DNA of 20,446 nucleotides from Myxococcota bacterium (GTDB lineage: Bacteria > Myxococcota > JACRCW01), in assembly GCA_040752415.1 (NCBI GenBank), contig JBFMGU010000194.1:1-20446 (forward strand), given 5' to 3'. Within the stretch, counting starts at the first letter, position 1, and each line of letters opens with the position of its first letter. The position numbers and the translations under genes were made by a program. The notes beneath the pieces are model-generated. The model was not told where the DNA came from. It saw nothing but the letters and a program-made list of their open reading frames with translations, and made no database searches. This document shows, piece after piece, positions 17,636 to 20,446 of the stretch.

Positions 17636-19813
17636 ATGTCCCTCACCATGCCGGAATTCCGTGCCCGTCTCTCCACGCTGCTGCAGGACGGACGCATCAA
17701 CCACCAGGAAGCGCAGGACCTCGTCGCCACCGGGCTGACGGCGGAGCAGAAGACGGCGCTGGCCACGGAGTTGAAGCTGGACCAGATCGAGCCCGCGGAG
17801 CGCGACGCGGTGCTGCAGACGCTGGGCCTGCAGGCTTCGCAGCTGGGCAACGTGGCCAATGACGGCGTGGTGGGGAAGGTGAAGGAGAAGCTCGTCGAGC
17901 TGGCGCGCAAGGAGATCTACAAGCCCCAGGAGTTCGCCGTGGCGGACCTGCGCATCGGTGAGCACGTGGGCGCCGCGGTGCGCGTGCAGACCCGGCTGCT
18001 CTCCGCGCAGGATCCCGTGGTCACCAACGACGCGAACCGCGCCGCCGCCACCGCGCGCCTGGAGCAGGGCGGCAAGGACGTCACCTGGGCGTACACCGGC
18101 GGCGGCCTGTATCCCTCGGCGGGCTTCAGCGTCTCGGTGCCCAACTATCCCTTCAACGTGACGGCGGGATTCTCCGCCAACGCGTCGCTGGGCTACTCCC
18201 TGCTGGCGCCCTACCCGCACAAGGCGGAAGCCGCGCTGGCGGCCATCAAGAACAACAGCGTGGACCTGCCCTTCACCTCCGAACGCGCGCGCTCGCTGAC
18301 GGAAGGAACCGAGCTGCTGGTGCGCGGCAAGGGCACCGTGGCCAGCCATGCCGGTGTGGGCGCGGGCGCCACGTTGGCGCGCGTGGGCTCCATCCTGACG
18401 GCGGGCGCCTCGGTGGGCGTCTCGGTGGCGGCCAGCAAGGAGCTGGAGGTGAGCCTGCGCGTCAAGCGTCTCGACGGGGACCGCGTGTTCGTCTCGCTCA
18501 ACCAGGTGAACAGCGGCAGCGCGTCGGGCTCGGTCAACGCCACCGTGGGCGTGGATGCCAACACCGGCAACGCGCTGCCCGAGATGGGCGGCGGCGTCTT
18601 CCGTCGTGGTGCGGAGCTGGTGACCGACCAGGTGGACAAGCAGGTGGAGAAGTGGCTGCGCGTGGACCTGCGCGCCGCACACTCGCGCTCCAGCCAGGAG
18701 ACCAACCTGCAGAACTACGTGCTGGATCTCTCCGACCCCAAGGCCGCGGAAGCGTATGAAGCGCTGCTCAAGCTGGACACCCGCTCCGCCGACAAGCTGG
18801 CCCAGGACGGCAGCGCCGCGGTGCGCTTTGCCAAGCTGGAGGAGGGCGTGCGCACGCAAGCCTCGTCGCTGAGCGCCAACTTTGGTCCCATCACGCTGCT
18901 CAACGTGGTGAGCACCAGCAGCCAGACCCACGGCACGCTGACATCGTCCAAGGGCGACATCACCTATGACCGCAGCCGCCTGGACGAGGGCTACTCCGGC
19001 ATCATCAGCAACATCTTCCTGGGCGCCCGCGCCACCACGCGTGAGCTGGTGATGACCACGGAGCCGGGCAACCCACCGCAGTCCTACTACCACGTGCGCA
19101 GCACCATCACCGGCGACCGCGTCTCCACCAAGGACGACGTCAAGGACTTCCTGCGTCTCGCCGACGCGCTCGGCGCCCTCGACGACGGCACGCGCGCGCT
19201 GCTGGGCAATGACAAGTTCCTCAAGGCCTTTGGCACCACCAACCGCACCGTGGACATCTATTTCACCGACGACGGGCTCAAGAAGCTGGCGGGCACCAGC
19301 GCGGACGCGGTGCACCAGTCCTACGCGCGCGCGTACGAGGAGCTGGAGGGCGGCAAGGCCACCTGGGTGAACGCCGACCCCGCCAAGCGACAGGAGATCG
19401 AGGCGCTGTTCAAGCGGACCGAGGAGCACCTGCGCTTCGGCACCGACCAGCAGGAGATGCAGCAGCTGGAGAACGAGTACTACTGGGCCACCCGTCAGCC
19501 CGGCTGGCGCCTGCGCCAGGAGGTGGAGGCGTGGCGGGAGGCGCAGAACGTGGTGAAGCTCGTCGACACGCTGCGTGCCGCGCACACCCCCGAGGAGCGC
19601 GCCCGCGCCTTTGCCAAGGCCGACAAGGAGCTGGGACTGGACTTCAGCCGCGCGCTCCACTCGCTGGCCTCCTTGGCGGGGGCCAACAACGTGCTCATCA
19701 ATGAGCTGGCCATCCGCGACAAGAACAGCAGCCGCGACGTGGTCTTCATGCGTGAGGGCGCCATCCAGGACCCCTCCACGCAGGTCAACGCCATCCTCGC
19801 CAACCCCGCCTGA
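17636..19813 (+). CDS. Hypothetical protein (~725 aa), no signal peptide, beta-strand-rich core
   Basis: SD-like GAGGAAG before ATG 17636. Very strong G/C third-position bias throughout and natural amino-acid composition. I recognise no family motif. Confidence 0.85.
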   Translation: MSLTMPEFRARLSTLLQDGRINHQEAQDLVATGLTAEQKTALATELKLDQIEPAERDAVLQTLGLQASQLGNVANDGVVGKVKEKLVELARKEIYKPQEFAVADLRIGEHVGAAVRVQTRLLSAQDPVVTNDANRAAATARLEQGGKDVTWAYTGGGLYPSAGFSVSVPNYPFNVTAGFSANASLGYSLLAPYPHKAEAALAAIKNNSVDLPFTSERARSLTEGTELLVRGKGTVASHAGVGAGATLARVGSILTAGASVGVSVAASKELEVSLRVKRLDGDRVFVSLNQVNSGSASGSVNATVGVDANTGNALPEMGGGVFRRGAELVTDQVDKQVEKWLRVDLRAAHSRSSQETNLQNYVLDLSDPKAAEAYEALLKLDTRSADKLAQDGSAAVRFAKLEEGVRTQASSLSANFGPITLLNVVSTSSQTHGTLTSSKGDITYDRSRLDEGYSGIISNIFLGARATTRELVMTTEPGNPPQSYYHVRSTITGDRVSTKDDVKDFLRLADALGALDDGTRALLGNDKFLKAFGTTNRTVDIYFTDDGLKKLAGTSADAVHQSYARAYEELEGGKATWVNADPAKRQEIEALFKRTEEHLRFGTDQQEMQQLENEYYWATRQPGWRLRQEVEAWREAQNVVKLVDTLRAAHTPEERARAFAKADKELGLDFSRALHSLASLAGANNVLINELAIRDKNSSRDVVFMREGAIQDPSTQVNAILANPA

Positions 19814-19865
19814 CCCGCGGCCCGGAGTCGAGCCCTTCGGAACCGGTTCTCGTCGGCGTTACGTT

Positions 19866-20158
19866 GGTTCCAATTGAAGTTGTCACGCCGCTCGGCCTCC
19901 ATCTGGCAGTGGGCGCCCGCTGGTCCGAGCGAAGGCGGCACTTCATGCCGCAGTCCGAAAGTGCCGGCGGCGTTCGCTCTCTCGTAGACAGGCCGGCACG
20001 CTTCCCGACGTGGCACGGGTGCGGGCGTTCGCAATTTCACGAAGCGGAGCGGTGCCCGCACCCTTTCGGACTGCGGCATGAAGTGCCGCTTTCCCTCGGA
20101 GTTGCGGGCGTCCGCTGCCAGACGGAGGTCAAGCGGCATGACAACTTCAACGGGAACC
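19866..20158. repeat. 96-bp imperfect inverted repeat flanking a 101-nt spacer with two hairpins; REP/REPIN-like element
   Basis: 19866-19961 vs the reverse complement of 20063-20158: ungapped, 13 mismatches by hand count, innermost 27 bp identical. Each arm carries the palindrome GCGGCA-N5-TGCCGC (19935-19951, 20073-20089) next to GGAC/GTCC. Confidence 0.9.
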
Positions 20159-20202
20159 GCTGTAGGGCTCGCGGCGAACCACGTCGAGCGGTTTCGCGTT
20201 TG

Positions 20203-20377
20203 GTGTGGCTCTCATCCTGACGTCTCACCCGACGAGGGCCCTTCAGTAGCGCGGTGCGGCTCTCTCGGGATGACGCTCTGAAGTCCCTGCCAATGAGATT
20301 GGGCGCGGCTCTTTTGAAAGAGTGTGGCTCTCATCCTGACGCCTCTTCCCGCGCTCCCTGCCAATGAGATTGGCAGG
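20203..20377 (+). repeat. Duplicated two-part module: GTGTGGCTCTCATCCTGACG x2 and TCCCTGCCAATGAGATTGG x2
   Basis: 20-mer at 20203-20222 and 20322-20341; 19-mer at 20284-20302 and 20355-20373. The second 19-mer extends to a perfect hairpin CCTGCCAAT-GAG-ATTGGCAGG (20357-20377). Confidence 0.85.
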
Positions 20378-20446
20378 CAACAAAGAAGCTCAAGTCCTGC
20401 TCTCCTCTCGGCGGCGGTGTCGCTTCGCAGGACTAACCGTGAATGG

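Noticed and set aside
17447..19660. 737-aa minus-strand ORF, and similar long antisense ORFs at 3891-5480, 8544-10664, 13537-14559 and 15277-16893
   Set aside because: These are shadow frames of real genes in high-GC DNA. They fully overlap better-supported CDS and show no motifs.
19864..20220. ORFs on both strands sharing RHFMPQSE
   Set aside because: The shared peptide is a by-product of the inverted repeat. There is no SD and no codon bias.
20203..20377. Possible CRISPR array
   Set aside because: Only two copies each of two different motifs, unequal spacing, and no cas genes in the window.

Overview
High-GC window that looks myxobacterial: two proteins end in MYXO-CTERM-type sorting tails and there is a REC-GAF-HisKA-HATPase-REC hybrid kinase. 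It holds 12 well-supported CDS. In order: a membrane protein, a group II truncated hemoglobin, an ABC1/UbiB atypical kinase, an aldo/keto reductase, a secreted CotH-family kinase with a 63-Ser tract and MYXO-CTERM tail, a hemerythrin, a GH44 glycanase with Ser-rich linker and MYXO-CTERM tail, a GH15 hydrolase, a GAF/winged-helix regulator divergent from an AldB-type aldehyde dehydrogenase, a hybrid histidine kinase, and a 725-aa protein I cannot assign, rich in alternating beta-strand patterns. A 33-aa single-TM small ORF below the ORF-track cutoff lies at 7697-7798. The most unusual features are the 725-aa orphan, the densely structured non-coding region after it (96-bp inverted repeats with REP-like hairpins and nested stems, then duplicated hairpin modules), and the convergent pair of surface-anchored Ser-rich proteins, one of which is a putative ecto-kinase. 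All calls come from reading motifs by eye; no searches or folding programs were run.
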